This document shows positions 29,533 through 39,924 of a DNA stretch of 64,000 nucleotides, in pieces. The position numbers and the translations under genes were made by a program. The DNA is from Bacteriovoracaceae bacterium (lineage in GTDB: Bacteria > Bdellovibrionota > Bacteriovoracia > Bacteriovoracales > Bacteriovoracaceae), in assembly GCA_048270185.1 (NCBI GenBank), contig JBLWTJ010000002.1, positions 192,001 to 256,000 on the forward strand, given 5' to 3'. The notes below the pieces were generated by a model that saw nothing but the letters and a program-made list of their open reading frames with translations, had not been told where the DNA came from and searched no databases. Position 1 is the first letter of the stretch, and every line of letters begins with the position of its first letter.

Positions 29533-31437
29533 CTATTCTTCTTCACTCGCTAATGTTCTTTCTTTTAGAGTATTTAAGGCGGGATCATTATCCCAATCAT
29601 AAATCATATCGAATTTAGAAAATGCAGTAACAACCTCTTCTTTAGTACCCTTTTCTATTGCGACTTCAGAACTTGCAATAAATTCCTCAACCGTTCCAAG
29701 GTTATTATAAAGCTTTGTAAATGTATCTTTATTCATATGAACTTCGATATCTTTGAGTTTATCAATTTTTTGACGATCACTTTCAAAGTCAACAACTGCA
29801 CCTCTGATATTTAGGCCATACTTCTCACCATAACCAAGGTTAAATGCGATAAAAGTATTTGTATCTTTTGACCTTTCAGGATTTATTCGAATACGATAGG
29901 AATTAACATAATTTTGTGCATTTCCTCTAACTTGCTCAAAAGTTGCTGGAACATTTTTAATGATTGCAGTTTTTCCTTCTGCCTCTAATGCTTGAGTTAA
30001 GGCCCAGCTTCTAGCTGTTGTTGCAAGACTTCGATAACCTATTTGCTTTAAACATTTCGACTTGATTCTCTTATTATCTTTACTCTTATTGATACGTACG
30101 AGATAACTTGCAAGTTGGCACGACCACTGAAAATCACCATTTTCTTGTGCTATATTTGCAAGGGAGCGAACTCGAGATTCTCCTCCCATTGCAAGGACAA
30201 TTCTCTTGGCCTCATCATCGGGATGAAGTTTATAAATAGTTGTCGCATCACGATTGAATTGCCCAAAAATATTATTATAAATTCTTGGAGGCATCGTTGA
30301 TAAAGGGCCATAATTTTCAATAAGCGTTGCTTCTTCTTTTAAATATTTCGGAAATTTTACGAAGTAGCGTAATTCATCTTGATTAAGTCCTAGAGAGATT
30401 CCCTTTAGTGTTTGATCTAGTATGAATGTAAGACCATCTTGGTAGTTCTTTAAACGTTTAGCAATTTTATCTCTACCCTTAAGGCTTGTTGAGTGGGTAC
30501 TCATCAGAACTTCTGGATTTAACTTTTTTATTAATTCGACACTTCTTCTCCACCCTTCAGGGCTTCGATAGCGTCCACCGCGCAGACTATAAATATTAGG
30601 AAGCCAACCCCACATGATATTATTTAGGACGGCCTTCTTTGATGGGATATGAACTAGTACTTGATTTGATGTATCTGTTCCCACATCTTTTGTGTAGAAA
30701 ACCATACTGACGCCTGCAATTGTTAAACGCTGACGATCTGATACTGGAGTGTTTACAGGGACAAAACCTCCTGTACTTGGAATAACAGTATTCTTAAATC
30801 GAGCATCGGCTCCTTCATCAGGTAGGTATAAGTTAAATTGTTCAACAGTTCTGGCCATGAGAACTCCACTTACCTCAGGATAAGCTGCTTCAAGTCCTCC
30901 AGAAGATGACATCACTTGATTCGTATTTGGATGGCCAATGATTTTGATTTGGCGATTACCTCGCTTTCTCTCTTCATCAACCATATGCTTTGCTCCGAGA
31001 GTATAGTGTTCATGAGAATAAATAATTGCTCTTACAGGAAGATTTGTTACCTTTCTCATCGCTTCATAAAATATCTTAGCGTCTTCTCCATTATCCCCAG
31101 TATCGTAGACAATGACTCCACCTCTTCCAATAATAAAGTGTGAATTAACAATGCTTTCACTTCCAATTGTATAAAGTCCGTTTCCTAAATTAATGGTTGT
31201 TAATTTATCGTAAGAGCCACGCTTCTCACTATCTTGGGGAAGATCCCAATAGTCTTTGGTTGGTTGACTAACAAGTGCTCCATTCTCAAGCTTTTGAAGT
31301 TGATCTTTACCTTGATTCATCATTGGATTTTCATGAATCAAAACATTCTCACTAATTGAGCTTCCAAGAAATGATGAGCCACGTCCCATAAAGAATGAGA
31401 TAAAGCAAAGTGCAAAAACAAGAATTCCAACTTTCAT
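29533..31437 (-). CDS. Alkyl/aryl-sulfatase (SdsA1/BDS1-like) metallo-beta-lactamase fold protein
   Basis: IVYDTG, AIIYSHEH, PNIYSLRG.RYR, DQTL..I..G dimerisation region, C-terminal SCP2-like region. Confidence 0.75.
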   Translation of the reverse strand: MKVGILVFALCFISFFMGRGSSFLGSSISENVLIHENPMMNQGKDQLQKLENGALVSQPTKDYWDLPQDSEKRGSYDKLTTINLGNGLYTIGSESIVNSHFIIGRGGVIVYDTGDNGEDAKIFYEAMRKVTNLPVRAIIYSHEHYTLGAKHMVDEERKRGNRQIKIIGHPNTNQVMSSSGGLEAAYPEVSGVLMARTVEQFNLYLPDEGADARFKNTVIPSTGGFVPVNTPVSDRQRLTIAGVSMVFYTKDVGTDTSNQVLVHIPSKKAVLNNIMWGWLPNIYSLRGGRYRSPEGWRRSVELIKKLNPEVLMSTHSTSLKGRDKIAKRLKNYQDGLTFILDQTLKGISLGLNQDELRYFVKFPKYLKEEATLIENYGPLSTMPPRIYNNIFGQFNRDATTIYKLHPDDEAKRIVLAMGGESRVRSLANIAQENGDFQWSCQLASYLVRINKSKDNKRIKSKCLKQIGYRSLATTARSWALTQALEAEGKTAIIKNVPATFEQVRGNAQNYVNSYRIRINPERSKDTNTFIAFNLGYGEKYGLNIRGAVVDFESDRQKIDKLKDIEVHMNKDTFTKLYNNLGTVEEFIASSEVAIEKGTKEEVVTAFSKFDMIYDWDNDPALNTLKERTLASEEE

Positions 31438-31524
31438 AGATACGTCCTTTTTATAATTTCTACTTAGCTGTCATCGGGCCATTGTCGAATAAAAGGAGTT
31501 AAAAAAAGTTAATTAAATACTAAG

Positions 31525-31980
31525 CTAAGAAAAGCCTTTCTTTACAAGAATTTTATTAAGGGAGTTGGTAAAGTCGGCCTTATCTTTAGGGCCAAAGGAG
31601 TCTGGGCCTCCCGTGACAAGTCCACTATCACGAAGATCTTTCATAAAGTCTCTCATTGAGAGTCTTTCACTTATATTGTCTTCATCATAGAGCTCACCTC
31701 GAGGGTTAATCGCAATGGCACCAAGCTGAACAATATCATTGGCCAAGGGTATATCGGCCGTAATGACAACATCATCTTTCGTTGCATTTTGAGCAATATA
31801 GAAGTCGGCGACATCGGCACCACTTTCTACTTTTACAAAGTTAATGCGTGGATCAAAAGGAATATTAAGATATGAATTAGCAACAAGTGTTACTTCAATC
31901 TTAAAGCGTGCGCTGAACTTATAAATGACTTCTTTAATTACCTTTGGACAGGCATCGGCATCAACCCAAATTTTTGTCAT
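31525..31980 (-). CDS. yaiI: YaiI/YqxD family protein (DUF188)
   Basis: IWVDADACP, VITADIPLA, INPRGE. Confidence 0.9.
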   Translation of the reverse strand: MTKIWVDADACPKVIKEVIYKFSARFKIEVTLVANSYLNIPFDPRINFVKVESGADVADFYIAQNATKDDVVITADIPLANDIVQLGAIAINPRGELYDEDNISERLSMRDFMKDLRDSGLVTGGPDSFGPKDKADFTNSLNKILVKKGFS

Positions 31981-33359
31981 GATAGAATCCCAACTCTAAA
32001 GCGTCTCTTTTTTATTTTCCCCTCAGATAAAGAATCACAAATTTGTTGAACTTCACTCGCATCAACAGCAACATAACTTATAACAGGAGTGATTGAAATA
32101 TCACCAATCAAATCAGCACTGACTCCTGCTTCACCAACAATAGCACCAACAATATCACCAGGGCGAAGCTTATCTTTCTTTCCGCCACTAATGTATATTG
32201 TTTTCATTTTTGGTGTAACCTCATATTCTTGATCGATATTAAAATCATCAATTCTCTTAAGTTTAAAATCACTTCCTTGATAATCACAAATTCTTGCAAA
32301 TACTTCATCTTCATTTGGAGTAACAAAGCTTACAGCATGACCAATATTTCCAGCTCGCCCAGTACGCCCGACTCGGTGAACGTAGACTTCTGGATCATTG
32401 GTTAGATCATAATTAATAACGAGATCAATTCCCTTAATATCAATTCCTCTTGCGGCCACATCTGTTGCAACAATTCCACAAAGACTTGAATTAGAAAATT
32501 GAGTAAGTACTTTCGTTCGCTCATTTTGATCAAGGTCACCGTGAATGGCCTTAGCACTAACTTTCATTTGCCTTAGCTTCTTAGCTACATTGTCACAGAT
32601 AATTTTAGTCTTACAAAAGATAATGAACTGACTTGCTTGATAGTGTGCAAGTATCTTCAAAAGTACATCATCTTTGTCTTTGTGACTATCTAATTCGATA
32701 AACTCTTCTTTAATAATACTTTCGTCATGGAAAGTATCAACACTGACTTCAACTGCACCTCTTTGTATTTTACTACCTAGATCAATAATATCTTCAGGGA
32801 AAGTTGCAGAAAATAAGAGAGTCTGTCTTTCATTTGGGATAAAGACTTCGATTTTATGAAGATCCTCACTAAAGCCCATATCAAGCATTCGATCCGCTTC
32901 GTCTAGAACAAAATACTTTACCAAATCAAGATTTAAAATTCTTCTCTTTAAAAGTTTTAAAACTCGTCCGGGAGTCCCAACAATTATATGGGCACCGTGG
33001 TTGAGAGATTTTTCTTGTTGAAACTCACTCTTTCCACCTGTGATCGTTAAAATCTTAACATTTGGAATTGTACGTGCCATTCGGCGCATTTCTTTGGCCA
33101 CTTGATCTGCTAACTCTCTTGTTGGACACAGAATTAAAGATTGTGGTCTAGTCACTTTAACATCAAGGGCATTTATAATCCCTAAGCCAAAGGCCACAGT
33201 CTTACCACTTCCCGTTTTCGCCTGAGCAATCACATCACTTCCTGCGAGTATTAATGGAAGGCTCTTTGCTTGAATCGGCGTCATTGTCTTGAAGTTTAAA
33301 TCACTTAAGTTACTGATTATACGAGGGTCTAGTTCTAGTTTTTCAAAAATATCATTCAT
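31977..33359 (-). CDS. dbpA: ATP-dependent RNA helicase DbpA
   Basis: AKTGSGKT, DEAD, SAT, HRVGRTGR, GGKKDKLRPGDIVGA. Confidence 0.95.
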   Translation of the reverse strand: MNDIFEKLELDPRIISNLSDLNFKTMTPIQAKSLPLILAGSDVIAQAKTGSGKTVAFGLGIINALDVKVTRPQSLILCPTRELADQVAKEMRRMARTIPNVKILTITGGKSEFQQEKSLNHGAHIIVGTPGRVLKLLKRRILNLDLVKYFVLDEADRMLDMGFSEDLHKIEVFIPNERQTLLFSATFPEDIIDLGSKIQRGAVEVSVDTFHDESIIKEEFIELDSHKDKDDVLLKILAHYQASQFIIFCKTKIICDNVAKKLRQMKVSAKAIHGDLDQNERTKVLTQFSNSSLCGIVATDVAARGIDIKGIDLVINYDLTNDPEVYVHRVGRTGRAGNIGHAVSFVTPNEDEVFARICDYQGSDFKLKRIDDFNIDQEYEVTPKMKTIYISGGKKDKLRPGDIVGAIVGEAGVSADLIGDISITPVISYVAVDASEVQQICDSLSEGKIKKRRFRVGILS

Positions 33360-33510
33360 AGATTGAAAGTCCCTTTATTTGCACAACAAGTCAAAGCTAA
33401 TTGTAGAAATACTTACATTCAGCTACACACTTCTCTCCAATGTATCTTTCTTATAATTGGCCATGTTAGAATTTATCGACAAAATTAATTAATAAAGAAC
33501 AAGGAAGTCT

Positions 33511-33885
33511 ATGAAAAAGCTAATTCTACTTTTAATGCTCTCAACTTCAATCTATGCAGGAGAATGCTACAAAGATCTATGTCAAGACGATAAGGTAATG
33601 GATATCTTTGGTTGGTCAGGATGGGTTCATTCATTTGATAAAACAAATGATACTGTCGAAGTTGATCTTGCCCATGGCCCAGGAACTTACCACTTTCCAT
33701 ATAGTGAATTAGGAAAAGCTGTTGAGTGCTTTGATAAGATCTGTGTTAACGATCAAGTCTTAGATAAGTATAATGAAGTTGATATTGTGCTAGAAGTTTA
33801 TACTCACGGAAAAGTTGTGGTCTTCTCGCCTGATCGTGATGGTAAATTTATTATGGAATTAAAAGAAGTAACAAAATATAATTAG
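33511..33885 (+). CDS. Secreted hypothetical protein with two internal repeats
   Basis: ECYKDLCQDDKVMD versus ECFDKICVNDQVLD. Confidence 0.65.
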   Translation: MKKLILLLMLSTSIYAGECYKDLCQDDKVMDIFGWSGWVHSFDKTNDTVEVDLAHGPGTYHFPYSELGKAVECFDKICVNDQVLDKYNEVDIVLEVYTHGKVVVFSPDRDGKFIMELKEVTKYN

Positions 33886-34313
33886 TGTTTAACTTTCTTA
33901 AAGATTGAATCAAGTCGTTCCTTTCTCATAGTGACTTTTTTCTTATAGTCTTTAAGAAAGTTTATTGCTTCTTTATAATTATTGGCCCTACCGACTTGAA
34001 TAACTCCCACCATTCCCATCACATAGTGATACTTACAATCAAAAATATAAATCCCTTCTTTATCAAACTTTACAGTAATTTTCTTTCCATTCTCTGATTG
34101 CCAATGCTTTCCTTCTTTTGGAATAAAGATTGATTGTGGTTGATGACCAAATCCTGATGGAATAAAAGTTACATCATCCCCAGAGTTGATATGAAGAAAG
34201 CTTGGTTCAAAGAACATTTGATGAGTGTCTTTGACATCAATACCATGTACTTCGTATGACTTTGAAAAAGCTGAAATTGAAATGATAAATATAAGTAAGA
34301 TTCTTTTAAACAT
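33882..34313 (-). CDS. Pseudoazurin/plastocyanin-family blue copper protein
   Basis: MFFEP, GH, CKYHYVMGM type-1 copper ligands; signal peptide. Confidence 0.85.
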   Translation of the reverse strand: MFKRILLIFIISISAFSKSYEVHGIDVKDTHQMFFEPSFLHINSGDDVTFIPSGFGHQPQSIFIPKEGKHWQSENGKKITVKFDKEGIYIFDCKYHYVMGMVGVIQVGRANNYKEAINFLKDYKKKVTMRKERLDSIFKKVKH

Positions 34314-34322
34314 AAAAAAAAA

Positions 34323-34345
34323 CTGACCGCTTTAAAGGCGGTCAG
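34323..34345 (-). terminator. Intrinsic terminator after katG
   Basis: CTGACCGC-N7-GCGGTCAG stem followed by a T-run on the minus strand. Confidence 0.7.
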
Positions 34346-34358
34346 GCATATTTGGTAA

Positions 34359-36557
34359 TTAGTATTTTAGATCAAAACGATCAGCTTGCATTACCTTAGT
34401 CCAAGCCTTAACGAAATCATTTAAGAACTTAGTTCTTCCATCGTTAGAAGCGTAAACTTCAGCAACAGCTCTTAGTTCTGCATGAGAACCAAATACTAGA
34501 TCAACTGGAGTTGCAGTATATTTTTGCTTACCAGATTTTCTATCTAGGCCATTGTAAATACCTGGAGTGCTAGACTTAACCCATTTGTTATCCATAGTTA
34601 AAAGATTAACAAAGAAGTCATTAGTTAGTTTTCCTGGACGATTTGTGAAAACACCATTCTTTGATCCATCAGCATTTGCATCAAGAACACGTAGACCACC
34701 GATAAGAACAGTCATCTCAGGAACAGTAAGTCCTAACATATTTGCTTTATCAATAAGTCCATAAATTGGAGTTCTTTCAGAATCTGCTGAGAAGTAGTTA
34801 CGGAATGCATCTGCTTTTGGCTCAAGGAATGCAAATGAAACAACATCAGTTTGGTTTTGAGTTGCGTCTCCTCGTCCTGAAACAAATGGAACCTTAACCT
34901 TATTATTAGAAGCTTTTTCGATAGCAGCTGCACCACCAAGAACGATTGTATCCGCTAGAGATACTCCATATTTCTTAGCAACTCCTTCTAATTTAGAAAC
35001 AACCATTGAGACATTAGAAGCTTTATTAATTGCCCAATCTTTTTGAGGAGCAAGACGGATACGTGCACCATTTGCTCCACCACGCATATCTGTTCCACGA
35101 TAAGTCGAAGCTGAGGCCCATGCAGTTCTAACTAGCTCAGATACTGAAAGCCCTGATCTTAAGATATCTGCTTTGACAGCACTTGCTGTAGCATTTGAGA
35201 ACTTCTTTCCCTTTGGAGTTGGGTCTTGCCACTTGAATGACATTTTAGGAACCTCTTTTCCAATGTAGCGGGCCTTTGGTCCCATATCTCGGTGAGTAAG
35301 TTTGAACCAAGCTTTTGCAAATGCAAACTCAAACTTCTTTGGATCATCTAAGAAACTCTTACCAATCTTGTTGTAAATTGGATCTTCTTTGAGGGCCAGG
35401 TCTGTTGTAAACATAATTGGAGCATGACGCTTTCCTTTAATGTGTGCATCAGGAACCATGTCTGCAGCACCTTCATCTGTTGGAATCCACTGGTGGGCGC
35501 CTGCTGGCGATTTAACCATTTTCCAATCAAATGAGAATAAGTTATCGAGATAACCAGTTGTCCATTGAGTTGGAGTTGCGTTCCAAGCACCTTCAAGCCC
35601 AGAAGTGATTGTATCTTCAGAGTGTCCTTTCCCACACTTATTCTTCCAACCAAAGCCTTGCTCTTCAAGAGGCGCACCAGCTGGGTCTTTTTCGAGACAG
35701 TCATCAGGCTTGTGAGCACCGTGTGCTTTACCGAAAGTATGACCACCAGCAATTAGTGCAAAAGTTTCTTCGTCATCCATTCCCATTCTTCCAAATGTTT
35801 CACGAATATCTTTTGCTGCAAGTAGTGGATCAGGGACACCATTTGGTCCTTCTGGGTTTACATAGATTAGACCCATCTGAACTGCTGCAAGTGGTTTTTC
35901 AAGTTTACGATCACCGTGGTATCTCTTGTCCCCTGCTAGCCACTTTGTTTCTGGTCCCCAGTAAACTAAATCAGCTTCCCAATCGTCTGTACGACCACCG
36001 GCAAAACCAATTGTATTGAATCCCATATCTTCTAGTGAAACGTTACCTGCAAGAACCATTAAATCGGCCCATGAGATTTTATTTCCATATTTTTTCTTAA
36101 TAGGCCAAAGCAGTCTTCTTGCCTTGTCTAGTGAGACGTTATCTGGCCAACTATTAAGCGGCTCAAAACGTTGTTGACCGCCACCGCCGCCACCACGTCC
36201 ATCATGTGACCTGTAAGTTCCAACACTGTGCCATGCCATACGAATAAAGAATGGCCCGTAGTGACCGTAGTCTGCTGGCCACCAATCTTGTGAAGTTGTT
36301 AATGTTTTTCTGATGTCTTTTTTTACTGCCGCAAGATTTAGTTTTTTGAATTCTTTTGCGTAGTTGAATTTCTCACCAAGAGGACTGGATTCGACAGAAT
36401 GTTGTCTCAGTGGTGTTAGGTCAATTCGATTCGGCCACCAAAAACTATTTGGTTTTGCTTCACCTTTTGCATACTGCTTTTGCATATTATCATTTGAGTT
36501 CGATGCACAACTCAAAAGCATAATACCAGCGGCTAGTAATGGAAGAGTTCTCTTCAT
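34359..36557 (-). CDS. katG: Catalase-peroxidase with lipoprotein-type signal peptide
   Basis: [45 protein letters not shown] before ATG 36557; lipobox LLSC. Confidence 0.95.
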   Translation of the reverse strand: MKRTLPLLAAGIMLLSCASNSNDNMQKQYAKGEAKPNSFWWPNRIDLTPLRQHSVESSPLGEKFNYAKEFKKLNLAAVKKDIRKTLTTSQDWWPADYGHYGPFFIRMAWHSVGTYRSHDGRGGGGGGQQRFEPLNSWPDNVSLDKARRLLWPIKKKYGNKISWADLMVLAGNVSLEDMGFNTIGFAGGRTDDWEADLVYWGPETKWLAGDKRYHGDRKLEKPLAAVQMGLIYVNPEGPNGVPDPLLAAKDIRETFGRMGMDDEETFALIAGGHTFGKAHGAHKPDDCLEKDPAGAPLEEQGFGWKNKCGKGHSEDTITSGLEGAWNATPTQWTTGYLDNLFSFDWKMVKSPAGAHQWIPTDEGAADMVPDAHIKGKRHAPIMFTTDLALKEDPIYNKIGKSFLDDPKKFEFAFAKAWFKLTHRDMGPKARYIGKEVPKMSFKWQDPTPKGKKFSNATASAVKADILRSGLSVSELVRTAWASASTYRGTDMRGGANGARIRLAPQKDWAINKASNVSMVVSKLEGVAKKYGVSLADTIVLGGAAAIEKASNNKVKVPFVSGRGDATQNQTDVVSFAFLEPKADAFRNYFSADSERTPIYGLIDKANMLGLTVPEMTVLIGGLRVLDANADGSKNGVFTNRPGKLTNDFFVNLLTMDNKWVKSSTPGIYNGLDRKSGKQKYTATPVDLVFGSHAELRAVAEVYASNDGRTKFLNDFVKAWTKVMQADRFDLKY

Positions 36558-36625
36558 AATTAGCTCCTTATATGAGTAAATTTTCGATGACATTAGTATC
36601 AAATAAAGTGAGATCTAAAGATAAT

Positions 36626-36659
36626 CTATTTTCTCTATTCTAGGATAGAGAATACCTAT
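36626..36659 (-). promoter_or_regulatory. OxyR-like binding site upstream of katG
   Basis: ATAG-N7-CTAT at 36645-36659 plus further ATAG tetramers on the minus strand. Confidence 0.5.
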
Positions 36660-36711
36660 AGGAGCTAAAAGTTAATTTTTCTTATTTAACGCGAAAGGAC
36701 ATTCACTTGAT

Positions 36712-36876
36712 CTAAAGACTCTGCCAAAGCTCTTTTAGCCTATCAATACTGGCTTCTCCATCTTCTAAGAGCTCTTCTTTGGAAAAAGGAAGCTCGTCAT
36801 CACTAGAGAGAAAAACGATGATTTGTTTCAAACGCTCTGCTTCATTTATGAGGTCATGTCTTAATTTACTATCCAT
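36712..36876 (-). CDS. Small 54-aa protein with HisKA-like H-box
   Basis: ATG 36876 begins 7 nt after the regulator stop; LRHDLIN followed by two predicted helices. Confidence 0.55.
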   Translation of the reverse strand: MDSKLRHDLINEAERLKQIIVFLSSDDELPFSKEELLEDGEASIDRLKELWQSL

Positions 36877-36883
36877 TTTTGAC

Positions 36884-38245
36884 TCACTGTAAGAAACTTG
36901 AGCTTTTTGCATCAGATTGAATTCGATAAAGTAGTGACTTTGATAATTGTAGCTCACGGGCCACTTTATTTATCTTGCCATCACATTCATTAAGAGTTGA
37001 TTCATAGACTTTTGTTTCGATTAATTTGATCAGACTTTGCAGGCCATTATTTCGCGCAAACTCAATCATCTCTTCAGTAACAAAGTTTAAATTATTATCA
37101 ATTTTCGACTCATTATTCTCATTGTTTAAGATATAACGAGGTAAATCAGATAGAGTAATTAAACCTTTCTTTCCAGCACTAATAGTTAGGACAAGATTCT
37201 CTAGCTCACGAATATTTCCTGGCCAGTCGTATTTATTTAAAATCTCTTCGACTTCATCATCAAGAATAATTTTCTTTGATGAGTTCGATAGGAAGTGATC
37301 AAACAATAAAGTTATATCTTCTCTTCTCTCTTTTAGGGATTTAATCTTTAATTCAAAACCATTTATTCTAAAGAAAAAGTCTAAGCGAAATTTTTCTTCT
37401 TTAATAAGTTTTTGAAGATCATCACATGTAGCTGTGATTAAACGAAAGTCACTTGTTTCAACTTCAGTTGAACCAACTTTACTGAATGACTTCTCTTCAA
37501 TGGCCTTAAGAAGCTTCTTTTGGATATGGACAGGTATCGTTCCAATTTCATCTAAGAATAAAGTTCCACCATTAGCACGAGAGAGAAGTCCCTCTTTATC
37601 ACTTGAGGCTCCTGTAAAGGCACCTTTGACGTGACCGAATAATTCACTTTCAATTAGGTTCTCTGATAGTTCAGATAAATTAACGTGGACAAAATTTCCA
37701 GCGTCACTCGATAACTCATGTAATGCTTTAGCGATTTTTGTCTTACCAACACCAGTTGGCCCAGTAATTAAAATTTTATGCTCGCGAGGTCTTGGAAGAT
37801 CTCGAAGGTAAGAGATTTTAGAAATAAGCTCTTCATCGTTAGTAATATACTTAGTTGCAAAGAATGAGCGAAACTCATCTTCATCCATCGAGTTAAGAAT
37901 ACCACCAACGTGCTCTTTTAAGTTCTCTAAGAAGTCCTGCTTTACAAAATAATGATCACATCCTGCTTTATAAGCAGCTTTGATAATATCTTTAGAATCA
38001 TTACCTGAGAGTGCGATAGATGTAATATTCTTTTCATTGGCCTTTTTGATAACTTCAATCCCTTCAAGCCTTTCATTTTCAGATAAATCAAGATCAGAAA
38101 ATACGAAGGAAATATTTTGAGTCTTCAACATATGTAAGGCCACTTGAAGGTTTTGGGCCTCAACAATTTGCCCATATTCTTGTAATTGGCTTACAAGATT
38201 AAATCTAAAATACTTATCATCTTCGACTACTAATATCTTCTTCAT
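36884..38245 (-). CDS. Sigma-54-dependent response regulator (NtrC family enhancer-binding protein)
   Basis: REC (VVEDD, FSDL), GPTGVGKT, ESELFGHVKGAFTGA, LFLDEIG, WPGNIREL, Fis-type HTH. Confidence 0.95.
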   Translation of the reverse strand: MKKILVVEDDKYFRFNLVSQLQEYGQIVEAQNLQVALHMLKTQNISFVFSDLDLSENERLEGIEVIKKANEKNITSIALSGNDSKDIIKAAYKAGCDHYFVKQDFLENLKEHVGGILNSMDEDEFRSFFATKYITNDEELISKISYLRDLPRPREHKILITGPTGVGKTKIAKALHELSSDAGNFVHVNLSELSENLIESELFGHVKGAFTGASSDKEGLLSRANGGTLFLDEIGTIPVHIQKKLLKAIEEKSFSKVGSTEVETSDFRLITATCDDLQKLIKEEKFRLDFFFRINGFELKIKSLKERREDITLLFDHFLSNSSKKIILDDEVEEILNKYDWPGNIRELENLVLTISAGKKGLITLSDLPRYILNNENNESKIDNNLNFVTEEMIEFARNNGLQSLIKLIETKVYESTLNECDGKINKVARELQLSKSLLYRIQSDAKSSSFLQ

Positions 38246-38268
38246 AATGGTCCTCTTTAGACCATTAT
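38244..38268. promoter_or_regulatory. Perfect inverted repeat covering RBS and start of the NtrC-like gene
   Basis: ATAATGGTC-CTCTTTA-GACCATTAT. Confidence 0.55.
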
Positions 38269-38330
38269 TATCTAATTAATACATAAAATTAAAGGCTTAT
38301 GTAAAAAGTATCGGTATTTTATTTAATAGA

Positions 38331-38347
38331 CAGTCGAAAAAAGACTG
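38331..38347. promoter_or_regulatory. GTC-N7-GAC palindrome upstream of NtrC-like gene
   Basis: CAGTC-GAAAAAA-GACTG. Confidence 0.45.
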
Positions 38348-38367
38348 CTTAAATACCCTAAATTACA

Positions 38368-38742
38368 CTAAATACTGAGTTTTCTACACTTAAGCTTTAA
38401 GAGGGCCTTTTCAAATTCAATCTGAGTCGCAAAAATTTTAAAGTAGTCATGGCCAAAGGTATTGTGAAGGGCCTCTCTTATCGACTCATCTGAATTCGTT
38501 AATACTTTTTGAGTAATCATACCCTTTTTGAAGTCATCAAAGGTTGCATCCTGATTCTCAACTTCTTTTTGAATCTCTTCAAATAACTCTTGTACGCCTT
38601 TAGTATATTTTTTAGTTTTACAAGTATTTGTCTGTGTATCATTTCCTGTCGCGATGGTATCCGATGAGCCACTTGTGCTTGTTCCACCACCACATGATAT
38701 AAGAGTAGAAAATAAAATTATTATTGCTAAAATATTCCTCAT
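38368..38742 (-). CDS. Hypothetical lipoprotein
   Basis: Lipobox LISC, G/S/T linker. Confidence 0.7.
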   Translation of the reverse strand: MRNILAIIILFSTLISCGGGTSTSGSSDTIATGNDTQTNTCKTKKYTKGVQELFEEIQKEVENQDATFDDFKKGMITQKVLTNSDESIREALHNTFGHDYFKIFATQIEFEKALLKLKCRKLSI

Positions 38743-38753
38743 AATTCCCTCAA

Positions 38754-39503
38754 TTATTCGAATTTAAAATTCTTTGTTATATTTCTATTCTCTTCCATTA
38801 TATATGTTTGAAACTCATCAAATCCAATATAGTCCATAAGAGTTGGTCGTGTTTCATCACCTATAATTTTAATCTCTTTATTGATATTAAGATATAGAGA
38901 TCGATCTTGATATGTATTTGTTAGATTGACTTCTTTTACTTTTGGAAAGAATTGTAAAAATCTAAAATCGGCAATATCAGTGTCAGAGAGGTCAAGGCTT
39001 CTCTTTCTTTTTATCTTTCGATAAACAGAGTAACATGAAGAGCGATCATAGCTTTTCCCTAGAGCAGCAAGAGCATGCTTTTCAAATTCATTGAGATTAG
39101 ACATTCTACAATAATCAAGAAAATTTGCTTCACGACATTTTAAGTTGGTTGTATCAACAGCTAGATTTTTAACAATAATAACTTGTCCTCGGCGTGTATA
39201 ATTTGCAGTCGATTCTTCAAAGAATGATTTTTCAAAATCTCTCTTTTCCCACTCCCCTGCAATATATGTATCATTGATGACAGTATTAACACTTCCGATA
39301 TCTGTATAAGTTTCGTAATCCTCAAGTTCAGCACTAATCTTGACTCCAGAGCAAACAAGCGCCTTAGCTGTTTTATTTTCTATTGTAAGAATGACCTTAT
39401 TATTTTCTTCTCCTGTTTTCAGGTTGAAGTTCACCCCATCCAAATCAGAAGCATTTGTATTTACGAATAAAATAAATAAAAGAATTGTTACTAAGTTTTT
39501 CAT
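38754..39503 (-). CDS. Secreted protein with short leucine-rich-repeat-like C-terminus
   Basis: Signal peptide from MKNLV; SLDLSDTDIADFRFLQFFPKVKEVNLTNT. Confidence 0.6.
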   Translation of the reverse strand: MKNLVTILLFILFVNTNASDLDGVNFNLKTGEENNKVILTIENKTAKALVCSGVKISAELEDYETYTDIGSVNTVINDTYIAGEWEKRDFEKSFFEESTANYTRRGQVIIVKNLAVDTTNLKCREANFLDYCRMSNLNEFEKHALAALGKSYDRSSCYSVYRKIKRKRSLDLSDTDIADFRFLQFFPKVKEVNLTNTYQDRSLYLNINKEIKIIGDETRPTLMDYIGFDEFQTYIMEENRNITKNFKFE

Positions 39504-39504
39504 A

Positions 39505-39924
39505 TTATCTCTCACACTTAATTGAATTTAACACCTTAAAAGGTTTGCTCATTATTGAGCGATACTCGATTTTTTCAAGAAGGTTATTTGAATCAAAGTT
39601 AATTACCAAACTATCAGTTTTCCTTAAACTCTGTTTTCCAGAAGTCTTCTTGAGAAGTAAATTTGTTACAACTTCATGATCAGCTTGACCAAGAGTCATA
39701 CTTAATCCAGCACTATTTCCTCTAATACGATCAACAATTGTCAACCATACACTATTATTAATATCACCAATATGATCAATATAAATGTCACAATTATAAA
39801 GTTTTATTCTTCCTCTATATTCTGACAAGAAGTGATCAAGGACCTGTTTGTTACCTGAAGAAAAGCTCCATTCACTAGCGTTAGTATTCATCATAACAAA
39901 CAGTAACAACAAAAAAGTTTTCAT
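39505..39924 (-). CDS. Secreted hypothetical protein
   Basis: Signal peptide TNA; ATGA overlap with upstream gene. Confidence 0.7.
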   Translation of the reverse strand: MKTFLLLLFVMMNTNASEWSFSSGNKQVLDHFLSEYRGRIKLYNCDIYIDHIGDINNSVWLTIVDRIRGNSAGLSMTLGQADHEVVTNLLLKKTSGKQSLRKTDSLVINFDSNNLLEKIEYRSIMSKPFKVLNSIKCER

